Assembly (NCBI GenBank): GCA_036172245.1
Contig: JAYWIR010000049.1
Location: 868,001 to 932,000, forward strand
Direction of reading: 5' to 3'
DNA from: Raillietiella orientalis
Taxonomy: Eukaryota
DNA length: 64,000 nt
In this document: piece by piece, positions 40,578-54,309 of the stretch
How positions within the stretch are numbered: position 1 is the stretch's first letter
Layout of the letters: each line of letters begins with the position of its first letter
Made by a program: the position numbers and the translations under genes
Notes under the pieces: generated by a model
What the model was told of the DNA's origin: nothing
Seen by the model: only the letters and a program-made list of their open reading frames with translations
Databases searched by the model: none

Positions 40578-41012
40578 ATGGCAGAAATGCAACAGTTCTG
40601 CCTAAGATGGAATGATTTCCAAACTCATATGGTGTCTTCTTTTCGATATTTACGTGATGAGAAGAGTTTTACAGATGTAACTCTGGCTTGTGATGGACAA
40701 ACTTGCACAGCACATAAAATGGTGTTGTCTGCATGTTCCCCATATTTCAAAACGTTGTTGGAGGTAATTGAATAACTCTAGGGAAGCTACATTTTATTTT
40801 ATGAAATTACATGTTTTTAGCAAAATCCAGCTAAACATCCAATTATTATTCTTAAAGATGTAGCCTTTCCACATCTGCAAGCCATTCTGGAATTTATGTA
40901 TACTGGGGAAGTGAATGTTGCACAAGAACAGCTGCCTATATTTCTGAAGGTGGCAGAACGCCTGAAGGTCCGTGGACTAGCTGAGGTGCCACAAGCAGTC
41001 AAGCAATCCTGA
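40578..41012 (+). CDS. lolal: Longitudinals lacking-like / Batman, BTB-only protein, 125 aa; exons 40578-40763 and 40821-41012
   Basis: MAEMQQFCLRWNDFQTHMVSSFRYLRDEKSFTDVTLACDGQTCTAHKMVLSACSPYFKTLLE|QNPAKHPIIILKDV...ERLKVRGLAEVPQAVKQS*. 57-bp phase-0 GT-AG intron; AATAAA at 41091. Confidence 0.95.
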
Positions 41013-41257
41013 TTTGAAGTCCTGTGAAAATGTCTTTCTCTCAGAGCTATCAGCTGGAACAGCTTCCAAATTCTCTTGCCTACCAAATCCAATAAAAGAA
41101 GCTGAAGAAGAGCCCATCTCAACCTGATTTGCTCTTCGTGAAATTAAAGAATGACAGCAAAAAGAAAAATACATTCAGGTTTTAACATACTGCACTCTTT
41201 GGAAATGGAATGTGTCCCATAAAGTGGGATTTTTCCATGTTTGTATTGTGAAAAAAT

Positions 41258-41976
41258 TTAAGCATCTGTAGCACCGTGTGATTCACACTGCAACAGGCGA
41301 ACAATTGAGGGATCACTTTTGGCACCTTCTATGAATTCTTCTAAACTTAGACGACCATCTTTATTTCTGTCCATCTGACGGAAGATTTTGTCAGTACGTT
41401 TTTCAGGTGTGGATTCATCCTCTGGCATTTTCATGACAGAACCTACCATCTTATAGATGGCCTACAAGGAATTAAGTAAAAAAAAATAATTTCCTAAATT
41501 TGTACTGTACAGTAACAATCTCCAACATTTCATGGCGTGATATGTATCCATTTCCATCTAGATCATACATGCTGAATGCCCAGCGCAGTTTTTGTTCCAA
41601 CTTTCCACGAGAGGTTACTGACAAAGCACACAGGAATTCTCGAAAATCAATGGTGCCATCACCATTTGCATCAAAGGTACGGAATACATGTTCAGCAAAC
41701 TGACAGAGGTGCATGATACATTTTGCAAATGTTGCCTACTTACCTTGGATGCATCTCCATAAGGAAAGAAGTTGCCATATATTTTTTTAAATTCTTCAAC
41801 ACTTAAGTGACCAGTTGGGCAATCTTTCAGGAATCCCTTATACCATTCTTGTATTTCAGCTTCTGAAACAAAAATTGCCAATGCAGTTAGAGAAGTGTGG
41901 CATTACCTGTAAACTCTGTTTGCTGTCGAAGATCTTCCAACACTTCAGGTTTCAACTTGCTATTCTGTTTTCCCAT
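41258..41976 (-). CDS. Nca: Neurocalcin (NCS/EF-hand family), 193 aa; exons 41907-41976, 41744-41862, 41511-41699, 41258-41461
   Basis: [85 protein letters not shown]...[11 protein letters not shown]. Three GT-AG introns of 44, 44 and 49 bp preserve the frame. Confidence 0.97.
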
Positions 41977-42340
41977 TTGCTCTGCTGTTTATGTGAAGAG
42001 CAACTGCTCAACTTTTTGATATTACAGAAAAAGATATTTACATCCTCAACACTGAGGTACACTAATCACAGTTTGCATATGATATGACTGAAGAATAGTA
42101 AATCAGTGATTTGCACCCATTTGAGGGGTGACCTGAACATCCTCCTGTGCCTGGAATGCATTTATTGTTATTAAAAATAGTTCTATCACCGGTAACAATT
42201 TGGCAATTCTTAAGTTGGTCCCATCCCCCAATCAGCAGCTACAGACATAACAATGCAGCTTGGATGCAATCAGCACCACTTATACAAACTGCTGAGATTT
42301 TAAGATGTCAATGACACCCTACATGTAAAAGCTGTAGGAA

Positions 42341-45300
42341 TTACATGGAGCCCACATTCAGAATCTTGCACATGCCCTCATCTTTTAAACATCCATTAAT
42401 AAATTCGTCTTGTGTGAGCAGGCCATCTTTATTGGTATCCATCTTATTAAATATCATTTCTGTTCTAGCTGCTGGAGTATCAGCAGCATTGGCAGATGCA
42501 GCGGTACCCAGCATATCATAAATAGCCTGAAGAGAAAAATAAGCATACTTTGCAGGAGAATACTAACCTGCACAATTTTTGTCATTTCTTCTTTATCAAT
42601 TTCTCCATTACCATCCACATCATACATCTGAAATGCCCACTTAAGTTTATCTTTCACAGTGCCTGCTGATGTCACATTGACAGCAAGAAGAAATTCCTAG
42701 AAAGCATTCTAAATAAAAATAATATCTGGGGGGGATTTGCAGTCTGTATGTTTGGAATATGTGTCATAATCATTATTTTATTAATTTGGTACCTTAAAAT
42801 CGATCCAACCATTTCCATCACGATCAAAGGTCCTAAAGACATGATCACAAAAGCTTTGAGCATTTCCACTTGGATAGAACAATTTATACATGTCAATAAA
42901 TTTTGCAGGGGTTAAACGGCCACTTGGGCAGTCTTGCTGTAAAAAGAAGAAAGAAAGAAAAGAGTAACAAGCATGATTCAGTTTACAAATTAGCATTGTC
43001 AAACAATTGTGGATGCTCTTTCCTAAGCAATCAACTAGCAACCAACTGTTACACAATGTAAACTAAATGTAGGTTAAGACAGAGAAGCAAAACAACTTAT
43101 ACTACTTTAGATAGCTGAAAGATTACTCTTTTAGAGGTATTTGGGTTTATTGGTGCTTACCTTATTCACAAATCCTTAGTATGCTGAAGAAAGAAAAGAA
43201 ATAACATTGAAATAAAAAAGAAGATCATTCCTGATCACCTAAGGTTCTTTTCACTGATTTTCTACAAGGAAAACAATTTATAGTTTACGAAATAAAAATA
43301 TCTACCTCCCTACAATTTTCATAACATGTATTTGAACTATAGAGTGCATTGCAATGAACACACGAGTCTCACCAAAATTTCTGGCATAACCATTAAGACC
43401 ACATGGATCCACACTGCAAGACATTATCATCATTCAAAAATGACTGGGTATACAGAATATACCATATGCAACTTAAAATATGGGAGCAACGACCAATTAA
43501 ATGTAATCTAAGCAGCATCAAATGTTTCTCACTTCAAGCATCAATTGCATTGTTGTTCTATGACTTGAAATTTAGAAGTCTCTTTACTTGAAGGACTACC
43601 TCTGGGTTAGTTGAACATGTAAATGCACACTTCAATGTATTTACATGGTTCAACAACGGGATTTTCATGTTACCTTATTCATGTGCATATACTTAACATT
43701 TTTCAGGATTTGCGGTACATGATATGAAAAGTTGCACACTATCACTCCACATTTCATTAAGCTTCCATAACTGCATGATGAATGTATGAGTATGTGAAAC
43801 GTAGTTGAGAAAACAATGAATACTGCAGGTTCTACTCTACTCTCAGCTATCTATCTTAAGACATCTGTGTTTATAGGTTATTTCTGTTAATTTTTAATGA
43901 ACGTATGAATACACAGTTTATGATCCTAAGCATCATATGGATGTAAGACCAGTAATTGCAGTTATTTCGATGATTATGATTTTCGTGACCTCATCACATT
44001 CCTGAATTTTATCTTTTAGAGAGATTACCTCCAAGAGTATGCTGAATTTTCTATGTATTTATTACCTAAGCAACTAATTAGCTATTGCATTATAAAATAC
44101 ACAAATGGATTCTTGCTTCAATAAGGCAAATGGCAAAAAATTAATAACTGAGCAGTTAACCTTTCATTTTATTAGATTTCAATTTATTTATGTGCCAAAA
44201 TCGTTGAATGCAAGTCAAATTGAAGACTTAACAGATAAATATGATTCTCAAAAGTGGTCTGTCCGTTTTATCATTTATAAGTGCCCTTAGCTAATGCCAC
44301 CCAATGTGTAACATGGTTCAAGGGTAAACTTCTCTAGATGAATTCTTTAAAAACATTCACATAAAACCATCCAAACTAAGTTTCTCGGTGTTGTGATGGT
44401 TTCAGTATGACACCAAGAAATCCACGATTTCATTAAGAAAATGATGGGGAAATGCTGCTACATGAAAACAGAATAAAAGCCCTAATTGGTTACTCTTGGA
44501 ATATTCTTGACTGAAACTCCTCATTTAGAAAAAATCTAGTTTTTTGTAAATTACTTTATATAAAACTATAGGAATGGATGAAGAAATCTTTGTTAAATTC
44601 TAAAAGAAACATGATTTGGGTTTACTGAGGACATTAGGTGATTGTTTGAGCAACTCATTAAGATACCTTTATTGTTGTGAATAATTTGCAAATAGGATAT
44701 GGAAGAAATCAGATGAATCATCAATAACATATGATGAAGAAGCCTAAAATTTCGTTTCATTTGCAAGGACTTGTGGATCTAGAAGTTGATCTTGGAATGA
44801 TTGGGAAAGTGCGGCCATTGGCTAGAAGCTCAAATCAAAAAAGAATGCATCTGGAATGTGCATATGATAACTAATAAACAGCATATACGAATGATACTGC
44901 ATTGATATGCAAAACATAAAAAAAAGTTTTACAAATTAAAATAAGTGTTAAATCAATTCATAAAAGTGGATCCAACGAAAATACGGAAAGTATATATTTT
45001 AAAAATTATTTGGAAAAAATACCGAATTAAGTGATAAGTGTTTTTAAAATGGGAGAAAGTATGCTAAATTCGCTTACACTACAACACTGTAGTGCAAAAG
45101 AAATGTTACTACAAAACATAAATGAATATTTCAATATGGATACAATTTGTGTAAATATTATTTTATATCATGAAACCATTTAAAGGAAAATCTTACAACT
45201 GCATATGGAAAGTCATTTTTAAACAAATTATGAAGAAAAACAAACTAGCAAACAACATGCTTTACTGGCACAGAATATATTACAAAGTTTAACATCCCAT

Positions 45301-48300
45301 GCTAATTTGGAAAAAAAAAGTAAAAATACCATTGAAATTATTACAATAAAATGGTGCAATGCTTACTTCACTGAATTAACATCATCATCACAAATTTGCA
45401 CACTGATAGTACTTGAATTCTGGTCCACTATCAAACATCAAACAAGAAGATTACCAAAAATTTGAATATGGACAATACATTTCAAAATACTGAGTTTCAA
45501 ACAACTCATACAAAGCCAATTCATTCTGTACAATGCAATTTCTGCCAATGATGTGACTAATTATCTGATAAAACAATGCAATGCAATGCAATGAAAAAGA
45601 AAAAATGACCAAACATTAGTCTTCATGATTTTTTTTCCCTTTCTTTATGGAAGATTACAGAATAATCATATTACTGTTATCCATCCACTTTTATCCATTT
45701 TTAATTAATACCTCTGAATGTAGGATGAACTCATATAGCTTACAGAAAAAAATAATTCAGAAATAATACAGATACAAAATACAGAAATGATGGTAATAAT
45801 TTGTGAAACTATCCAATGTGGAAGTTTTTCAGTCAAGGAATGACGGACTAGTCTCCACAAGGTCTCTACAAGTTGACAACAATTTTGTAAAGACCCAACA
45901 AGACACCAAAAATCAAATTCATTGTATTCTCTTCTACTAATAAAGGAAAATATTTTAAGACTTCTCTAGTATAATGCCCAAATTCAAATCCTATAATATC
46001 AAGAAATAAATTGCTAGAAGGAAAAACTCATAGTAGGAATACATCATGGACAACCAAAATTAATCATCACTAACACAATTCAAAACATTGACTAAAATTT
46101 TCCATCAGCACAAAAATAGCATTAGGTATATAAGCATTCTGAGCAACATCGTTGTTAATTTAATAATAAAATAATACAACTTGTAATATAGAAGTACTCC
46201 TTAATGTATGAATTTGAAATATTAATGAAGTTGGAAAAACTGCATCAAGGTACATGTAAGGAGGCTTTATATCCTATCACATCTTAAGTCATGCTTTAAG
46301 AATCACACATACATGCAAAATGAATATGAAAACTCAAGTAATCTTGCATCTCAAGTAATCATTAGAAATTATCCTTTGAAAGAATAACAAATAACATACA
46401 TTAACCAAAACAGGCAGCTTTATGAAATTCTGTGATCCAAAAGATCTAAACAGCAATCTGACCATAAAATACAATGGATACTTTCAGATACAGTTTCGAA
46501 AAAAAAAGGAACATCCTTCATGACAACAATAAATTTGCTAGATTCATAAAATCACTTTAATATCAGTTCAAGGTAAACACACATAAATACTGGGTACATA
46601 AACATTAAGTACACACTTAAGTATAGTAACTGCACAAATCTGTAGCAGCTATCCACATGTAAACCTCAATATTCTGTAGAAAATATTTCAAAAACATGTG
46701 TCAATGAATTGAACTAAACTTATAGGCAACAATTGTATGTAATGTACAAAAATGAATACAACTGCAACTGATTCTCTAGAGGATTGACAAATTAATGTCA
46801 TGAATACTTCACTTAGAAAGCAAGTTCCAAAGAAAATATCTGACATGCACTTTCCATTGTATAGGCATAGAAATAATAAACAAATTCATGAATTACAAGG
46901 AATTACAGTCACATCCTTTTTGATTATTATCCATAGAGCTAAGTGTCATAAATAAAGACAGTATAACCAAAATCAAAGAACAATAGGTTTTACTAAATCT
47001 GAATTTCATGATTCTTTGCAAACCTCCAAAATGTAACATCATCAAACCATAGTTTGAAGACATGCTTACAAAAATGTTTTAATGATGCTTGCAAAACTGA
47101 AAAACAAACATATCAGGAAGAACTGACAAAACCTTTTTGTACTTGAAAATTTAAATTCTGAATGATTATGAAAAACATGACCAGGTAAACAAAATAAACT
47201 TGAAAATTCATCACATAAATTAATAGATTTACTGTATAAATAGAAAACAAAAGCCCCTTTTGAAAAAGTCAACCACATAAAAAAACTGCGAATTTAAGTT
47301 ATAAAAATATACAGTAACTCCTCACATGAAAACAAATAATGAATTCAGAAACTCCATATGTGCATTATTTTAGTGGTGAAATGAAATCCTACTGTTCATC
47401 AATCTCTGAACATTACTTGTCAAATTTTAAACTGAACAGAATAATTTGAATTTAATGATGGCTCTTCTCTAGGATGAAATTTCACAATTGTAGAATACTT
47501 ATAGCAATAGGATATCTTGCATTTGAAAAAGAAATTAATGACACCAAATGACAAGGTTAAATACTGTTCAAGCATGCATTATACATGAACAAGATATGTT
47601 CTAAGTATCCATTTCATTTCATCTTACAAAAAAGGAGAATATGTGATAAATTACATTAAGTAACAGCAATTTTTAAAAAGAAATTTAAAGAAGGATTTTG
47701 AAGAAAAATATTAGAACATTTGACAAAATGAATAAATTTAATATTATTAAATATCAAATATAAGTATAATTTTCAAATAAAAGGGAGGTACTCAGAATGG
47801 GTAAAATAATTTATCTGAACATCCACATAGGAGCTTAAAAAAGACAATAATAAAACCACGCCAGATTCCAATCCAGATTCCAATCCAGGATAGAGTCAGA
47901 ACAAATAAATTTAAGAAATTCAATTTCTCAAGCAAATTACCTCTGATGATGAGAAAAACTTAACAGCTCGAAAATGTGAATAAAATTCAGTTTTACATAC
48001 ACAGGACACACTTACGTGCAAATAACTCAACAAAGAAACTTTAAGGATATAATCATAGGAACAAATACTTGAGACTATACTAGTGTTTTAAAACCTAAAT
48101 TTGGATACTTGAGCTAAAATAACGAACACTCACTGAATTGTAAATATTAGGTATGCAAAAAAAATTGCTAGACAACTTTAGGGACAACTGTGAGATCATA
48201 TTCTTGAATATTTAGATTTGCAATATGCACTCTTGGATATCCAAACATGAAAACAATTGAGAGTTTTAAAAATGAATTGTTACATAAATTTGATATTATT

Positions 48301-48462
48301 CATTGCTGGAATATTTGTAAATTATAGGCAAAGATTAAAAATTTAAGCTACCTTAAATCCCTTATACCATTCTTTGATTGTTGTGTCATCATACTTTGTA
48401 CGAGCTTTTAAAAATTCCAAATCTTCCAGTGGCAATCTATCTTTGCTACAAAAGCAACCCAT
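42341..48462 (-). CDS. Neuronal calcium sensor 2-like (CG7646-like) EF-hand protein, 189 aa; exons 48352-48462, 42793-42936, 42568-42696, 42341-42526
   Basis: [57 protein letters not shown]...[15 protein letters not shown]...[13 protein letters not shown]...ILNVGSM*. Phase-0 GT-AG introns of 5415, 96 and 41 bp; AATAAA on the - strand at 42161-42166. Confidence 0.93.
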
Positions 48463-50150
48463 CAATTGAAATTATGTTGCTCTGACTAGAGTTTACTAAC
48501 ATAACCTTAAGATAAATGACATATTTCCCATGTAATTTTGAAACCGATTCAGTTTAATCATAAGCAGACACCATAATCACATTAAATACTTAATAAAATG
48601 TAATAACAATCCAAACTGTTTACTTTAAACTGGTGAAATTAATTTCATTTTTATGGCAAATTTATAAGGTATTCTCTTAATGCTTAAACGGTTTGATATA
48701 ATCCATACACCAATTACTTCAGAGCCCACTCACTCACTAACAAAAGAATGCAGTTTGATAAATACCACATTGAAAAATGACCAAACAGAAATTTATTTTA
48801 TAAATAACAACTAGAAACTTGAAGCTGAACATGTAGCTGGGAATCCTAGTCAACACTCACTTTAACATTACCGCTATTCATAAAAAGGCATACAAAAATG
48901 AGCAGTTTCTAAAACTACTCTGCTGTTGAATCATTTCAAACTAATGCACGTATGCAAGGTTTGCTTCTGTTCAAGGGGGAAAAAATTTGAATGAAATTCA
49001 CATTAAACTGTACGTAACCCAGAAGTGTCTGTAACGACACTAGCTCTCAATTGAACGACCTATCTACTGCTATTCATGAGCAACCCGCTTGTTAACCCAT
49101 CTAAATTTTATTACAAATGCAATAATAAATTGGCATGACTTCAATTCAACAATTCCGTGAGATTACATAAGCCAATCAGCAAAGCAAATCACGTGTAAAC
49201 ACATTTTCTCATGTACTACAGAGTAACGTGCACCTGAGAAGTTGGAGTGTTTAAGCCAGGAAGCACACCTGCATTAACATTTTCAAATAAATAATAAACA
49301 ACTAATACATAATCACATTGAACTTCCCTGCCAGCAATTATGCATTAACGTACATCATGTACGAAAACAATTCAACCTGGCCATGTAGCGTAATTAGTTA
49401 ACAGTTGCCTAAAGCTCGAAGTGAACTTTGCTTACACGTGGGAAAACATTTACTACCCACATATCTGTACAATGAAGCTGCAGTTTCAGGAAACGTCTTC
49501 TTTTTTTTTTTTTTTATGTCAATGATAAAAATTGCATAAAAAAATTTTTTGATGAATGCTCGCTTGTATACATGCGTCAGTAGACGATCGCATGCACGCG
49601 CGAGTAGGTGCGTTAATGCGTTGACTGCATGTATTCCTACATGGGCATATACTTTCCCTAAATAGGAACTTTGAGAAAGAAAAACCTGCAGCTTAGCTGA
49701 AAATGTTTAGCAGATATTTTTCCAAGATGGAACGAGCAGTGCTACCTTCGATAGCGTGTCGTTATCAAGGCTGAGATGTATTACAGCGCGACAGCTCCTT
49801 TGTAAGAGTTGGGCAAATTATGAAATACAGTATTTCGGTATTTAAGTGAAGCAGTCTCACATAGGAGAAAGTAAGACGGCCAAGATTTTTTTCCCTTGTC
49901 AGTCCCGTTAAGGAGCGACAGCTCTGGGGGTCACGATCTGTTTAAGCCAAAATACTTCAAATGCACTTTTCATCCATTAGCATGGGCACTCCGTTTTCCG
50001 CTGTTGATGGCTTCCACTGAAATAATGCATCTACTACACTTGGGATGAGTTGACCTACTATATTCATTCACTTTATTCGTCCATACGAGAAAACTTGAAA
50101 ATTCTGCAAATTGAACCGCAAACCAAAAGCATAATTAAAAGAACCGTTAG

Positions 50151-50180
50151 ACTTACTTACCCATTTTGAATTAAACATGG
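50151..50180 (-). other. Candidate upstream exon end with strong tandem splice donors
   Basis: The - strand reads AAAATGG|GTAA|GTAAGT, giving two consensus GTAAGT donors 4 nt apart, 1.7 kb upstream of the NCS-2 ATG. Confidence 0.45.
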
Positions 50181-51611
50181 CAATGTTGAATTTTCAAATG
50201 CTTGCAAAGATAACATCGGATGCTTGCATAGAGCTTCTAAGGCTAATTACCGACACCTCGTAAATCCCTGTTGAAGGAAGAATGTGATAAGAATAACAAT
50301 AATAATATTATAAGTATACTTTCGATCGCGAATGACTTTGTAAAATACAAATTAATAATTATACACTTGTAACCATTTGTGATTCTCTTTCTCATGAAAA
50401 ATTTATCTTTCATCATGTCTAATAATACAATTTTGTATTTAAAATATAGGGCCAATTATCTCAGACATACATATTAGATGTATGCATTCCAGAGATTTGT
50501 TTGATTCAATTTAATCACTATTTGAATTTACGATTGTGTTATCCATGATGAACTATAGTTTACATTAATGCATCATCATGGCAACTCTTCAAAACAAAAA
50601 TAAGAGGGAGTTTTAATGATCTTTCATAGAATAGAATTGGAATTTTGAAGACCTTTTTTTTAACGGAAAAACTCGTGCAGAATTTAAAATTCATTTGCTG
50701 TTATGTCGTTGATTTTTGTGAATCCGGAGAATTTTAATTTTTTATTAGTAAGGAAGTGGGGTAGCACGTAGGCAGAAAACCTTTGTATTACAAAATAATG
50801 ATAACTTCATTTAGTCATTAAAATTATTAGCAAGATTCTTGCTGCTCTGATAAATGCATTGAATAATGCATTGAACAAATGCTGCATTGAATTTTTTAGT
50901 AGTTCAGTCTAAGCCACGATTATTTGTAGATGACTGTTCAATTTCCATGTCACAGAAATTCAAAATAAATTCGTAATGAAAATATATTTCCCTTGCTATC
51001 AGAAAACTTTGATCAGTACTGCAATTCAAATGCAGCCATCTAATTATGATCTCTTTTTAATCACAAGGATTCAGAATCCAAACGGAAAGTCTGTTCTTTA
51101 ACTTTGGATCGAAAATTTGTGTTATTCATGTAACAAACATGGAAGAAATAGCCACAGTTACTTACAGTTGCACATACATGATCGTTTCTTCAAATGTAGA
51201 CAGTTATATGTTAACTATTGCATATTCGTTCTAATTTAAACGAACGTCAAACTCCATCAAGAGAGCATGAGAAGACAGAACGTTTGAAAGCTAAAAACGC
51301 TGAATTCACCGAGGCCTCCATCGTTCCCTTATTAAACTCCATTGGACTTTTCCCCATGTGGTTCTATAAAAGAACTGAGAGTGATTACACCGATCTTACT
51401 TAATCAACAGTCACGATTCCATTCACGATGTTATTCCACATAAATTATGCTGAAAACAGGTGTGCATTATCGCTCTGGAACATCCTTAGAAACAGCTCAG
51501 GTTGTTCACGTAAAAATTGGAGAATGATTTCTGTCCTCCCTTGATTCATAGCAGAAGCAAAATGACGATGCATATGACTTGTCGCTGTTTACTGTTGTTT
51601 CATTTTACATA

Positions 51612-51682
51612 CTTGTAAACAGTGTTATTGATACATAACGCGGATACGTAACACAACATGTATCAATAACATTGTTTATGAG
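51612..51682. repeat. 25-bp imperfect inverted repeat (hairpin)
   Basis: cttgtaaacagtgttattgatacat ... atgtatcaataacattgtttatgag; all three non-Watson-Crick positions are G-T pairs on the + strand. Confidence 0.85.
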
Positions 51683-52479
51683 GCCATTGCTACTTTCGCA
51701 TCCTTGTGAATAATACAGGACTGCCTCTATTAAGAAAGACGTCCATTATGAATCCGCAGCTGAAGTGAAATTAATGAAAAATGGAAACACCGAAAAAGTG
51801 CCTTGTAATTTTACTATCTGTTTTCACCGCGTTGCAGACCGGAACTTCACGCCTGCTGTATTTGCTGGGGGGCTCGCTGGCTGTGGAAATTGTGAATCAC
51901 CAATCCGCTTTAGGCTGCTTTCGGAAACAATTTACGGGTCTAATAACTCTATTAATCGATAGCATCGATATCTCCCAGTGAAATGGCATGCAAGAATGAT
52001 CTTAGTATCTGTTTCCGAGCTAAACAAATCTCGGAAATTGAATCATAATCCGAAAATCATCTGTGTCTGAAATTTTGGAATAATTAGCACAAGGAAGGAA
52101 ATTTTCAAGACTGGTCTTCTATTTTTGCAGCCGCCAGCAATGCCTTTGGTGCTGCAAGTTGCGTCTGCTGGCTGTCAGAAAGAAGTGCATGTTGCGTTAG
52201 TTGAGGATGTTGAGGATACTTGCTAAAGCAAGTGATTGCAATTGAAGCACAGCATCGAATCCTCAGAAAAGACATGCAGAAAACTAGTTTTAGCGTTACA
52301 AGAATGTGTTCTTCTCAAGAATCGTGATTAAAGACTGTGCAGGTAAACGTTTAAAAAAGCTTCTATGTTTCTTGAAGATGCGCATCTGTTCAGGTGAGAA
52401 CACTGCTTTCCTGGAACATGAATCCTCAGCTTGGCGGGTAAAAATGCAGTCAACTTACAAGATGGTTCCCGATGTCTTT

Positions 52480-53480
52480 AAATGCATTATATGCAAGAAG
52501 AGCACTTGAATATCAAATGTGTAGCATCAAATGTGAGTCTCGAAGTCGGAAAAGAAGTGCTTCCGAACAAGTGAAACGGAACCATTTTTTACTAGGAAAC
52601 TACGAAACTTCCCGCCTCCTGAGATGGAAAGGACGGGAAATTCAACTCCTTGTTGGTAAGAGTCTGGACAGCTGTTTCGTACGAACGCAATGTCTGGTGC
52701 ATGCATGCACGCGTTCCCCCACACGACACGGATCAGCATCTCCATCTCCGAAAGAATTTTCGGACACGAGAAACGGATTTTCTCATGTACTACAGGGTAT
52801 TGCATATTATTGCATATTCGTCTCGGCAAGCTAAGAGGGGATGACCCGCTCCCAGCAACGGTGATGGAAGTCCAGGTACCTCCCCAACCACCTGAGCTGC
52901 AGATCAAGCGTGAAGTCAGTTTGCTTGGAAGCAATGGGGTGTTCACCAACTTTCTATCCCTCTGTTTCTTTTCCGTTCGAACGGTTTCCTCGCGCATCCC
53001 CTTCCATGGCCCAACGCGAACTCGTTTTCGAGTGCCATTCTGAGGAATTCTGAAGAACTGTCCGCGCGTCCTTTACGAATCATGCTGTTACAGGGAGGAG
53101 TCGGATCTCCCTTCTCCGATGCAGCGGTTGATTGATTCACATAGAACGCTGTTGCCTGGCAGCGAGAGGCCTTCTCGAAACAAGGCCTCTCGCTTGTCTT
53201 GGGTGGCTCGCATCTTTGGACCTGACTAGCCGCTGGTTGTTGGCAGCCAAGGTATTCTGCAAGCCTCGGATGCCCTCGCGTAGTGTTTGGGTGGAGGTGG
53301 ATCTTTGGCCGAATAATTTTCTTTCCTTTGATCTTTACCGTAGGCAGCTTCTTGGTTTTCATTGAAACACGTCCTTTGGATGGAGGAGAAAATCATGGAT
53401 TCTTGTTCGGGAATCAGGGGTGATGCGGTGACCGGTGCAATGAGTTTGTCACTTTTTCTCATTATGAACCTGTGATAGAT
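52480..53480 (-). mobile_element. Decayed L1-clade RT C-terminal remnant
   Basis: AEYLG followed downstream by LICSSGGWGG (L..P...GGLG type). Confidence 0.45.
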
Positions 53481-54309
53481 AGCAAGTTAAAGCACATTGG
53501 GCAGCCCCCCCCCCCCCCCCAGACAAGCCGAGCGTGCATTTTCCATCAGTCTCTTCGGCAACGCTAGAGAACCAGCATCGTGTTTAGCACAGACAAGCAT
53601 CTCAAGATCGGCCATGTTCGTTGAAAAACAAAACACTTGGGTAAGAAGAGTGCACCCAAGCAGAGGCTGCGGAGACCACTGAATTCGAAGCAGACGTGTA
53701 ATGGCTCTGTGCCATCACAGGTCTGCTTCGAAGATGCTTCGTCGGTCCACCGTGAAACAGCGTGCTGGAGGTGAGTTGGTCAACCAAACCCACCAAGCCT
53801 ATTTTACACACATCGCTGCTCTTCCCATCCCTTCCTTTTTCTCTTGATTTTTTTGACGCGGAACAAAAAGAGGTTCCCATCTGCACTGCACTGGTGATTT
53901 GTCAAAATCAGAGGAGGTCGGAATCACGTGAAACAAAGCGGAAAACAACTCGCAACCAGCCGAGGAAGAAGTTAGCCTCCTGCTCTTTTCGGAGGAAGGG
54001 AAGAGAAACAGAATTCCCGAGGTTCAGCAAGGCAGCCTGCTCCGGAAGAAGGGGGCAGCGGCCGTGGCAGCGATGAAAAGCGCTGCGGATTTCCACTTTG
54101 GAAAGGGAGAGACGAAACGGGATGTAACCCGGCGTCCCGTCAGACAACCGGAGCAGCGAGATCAATGATCCCGCGGACGAGCATCCCTCCCCCTTCCCCC
54201 AAACAAGATCAGCAGCTGGAACGCAGGAAATCATTTCGACCAGCGGTGGGCAACCTCATTGTGCAACACGCTGCAAACTGACGACTCGTGTCCAGAATGA
54301 GCGAGGTTT

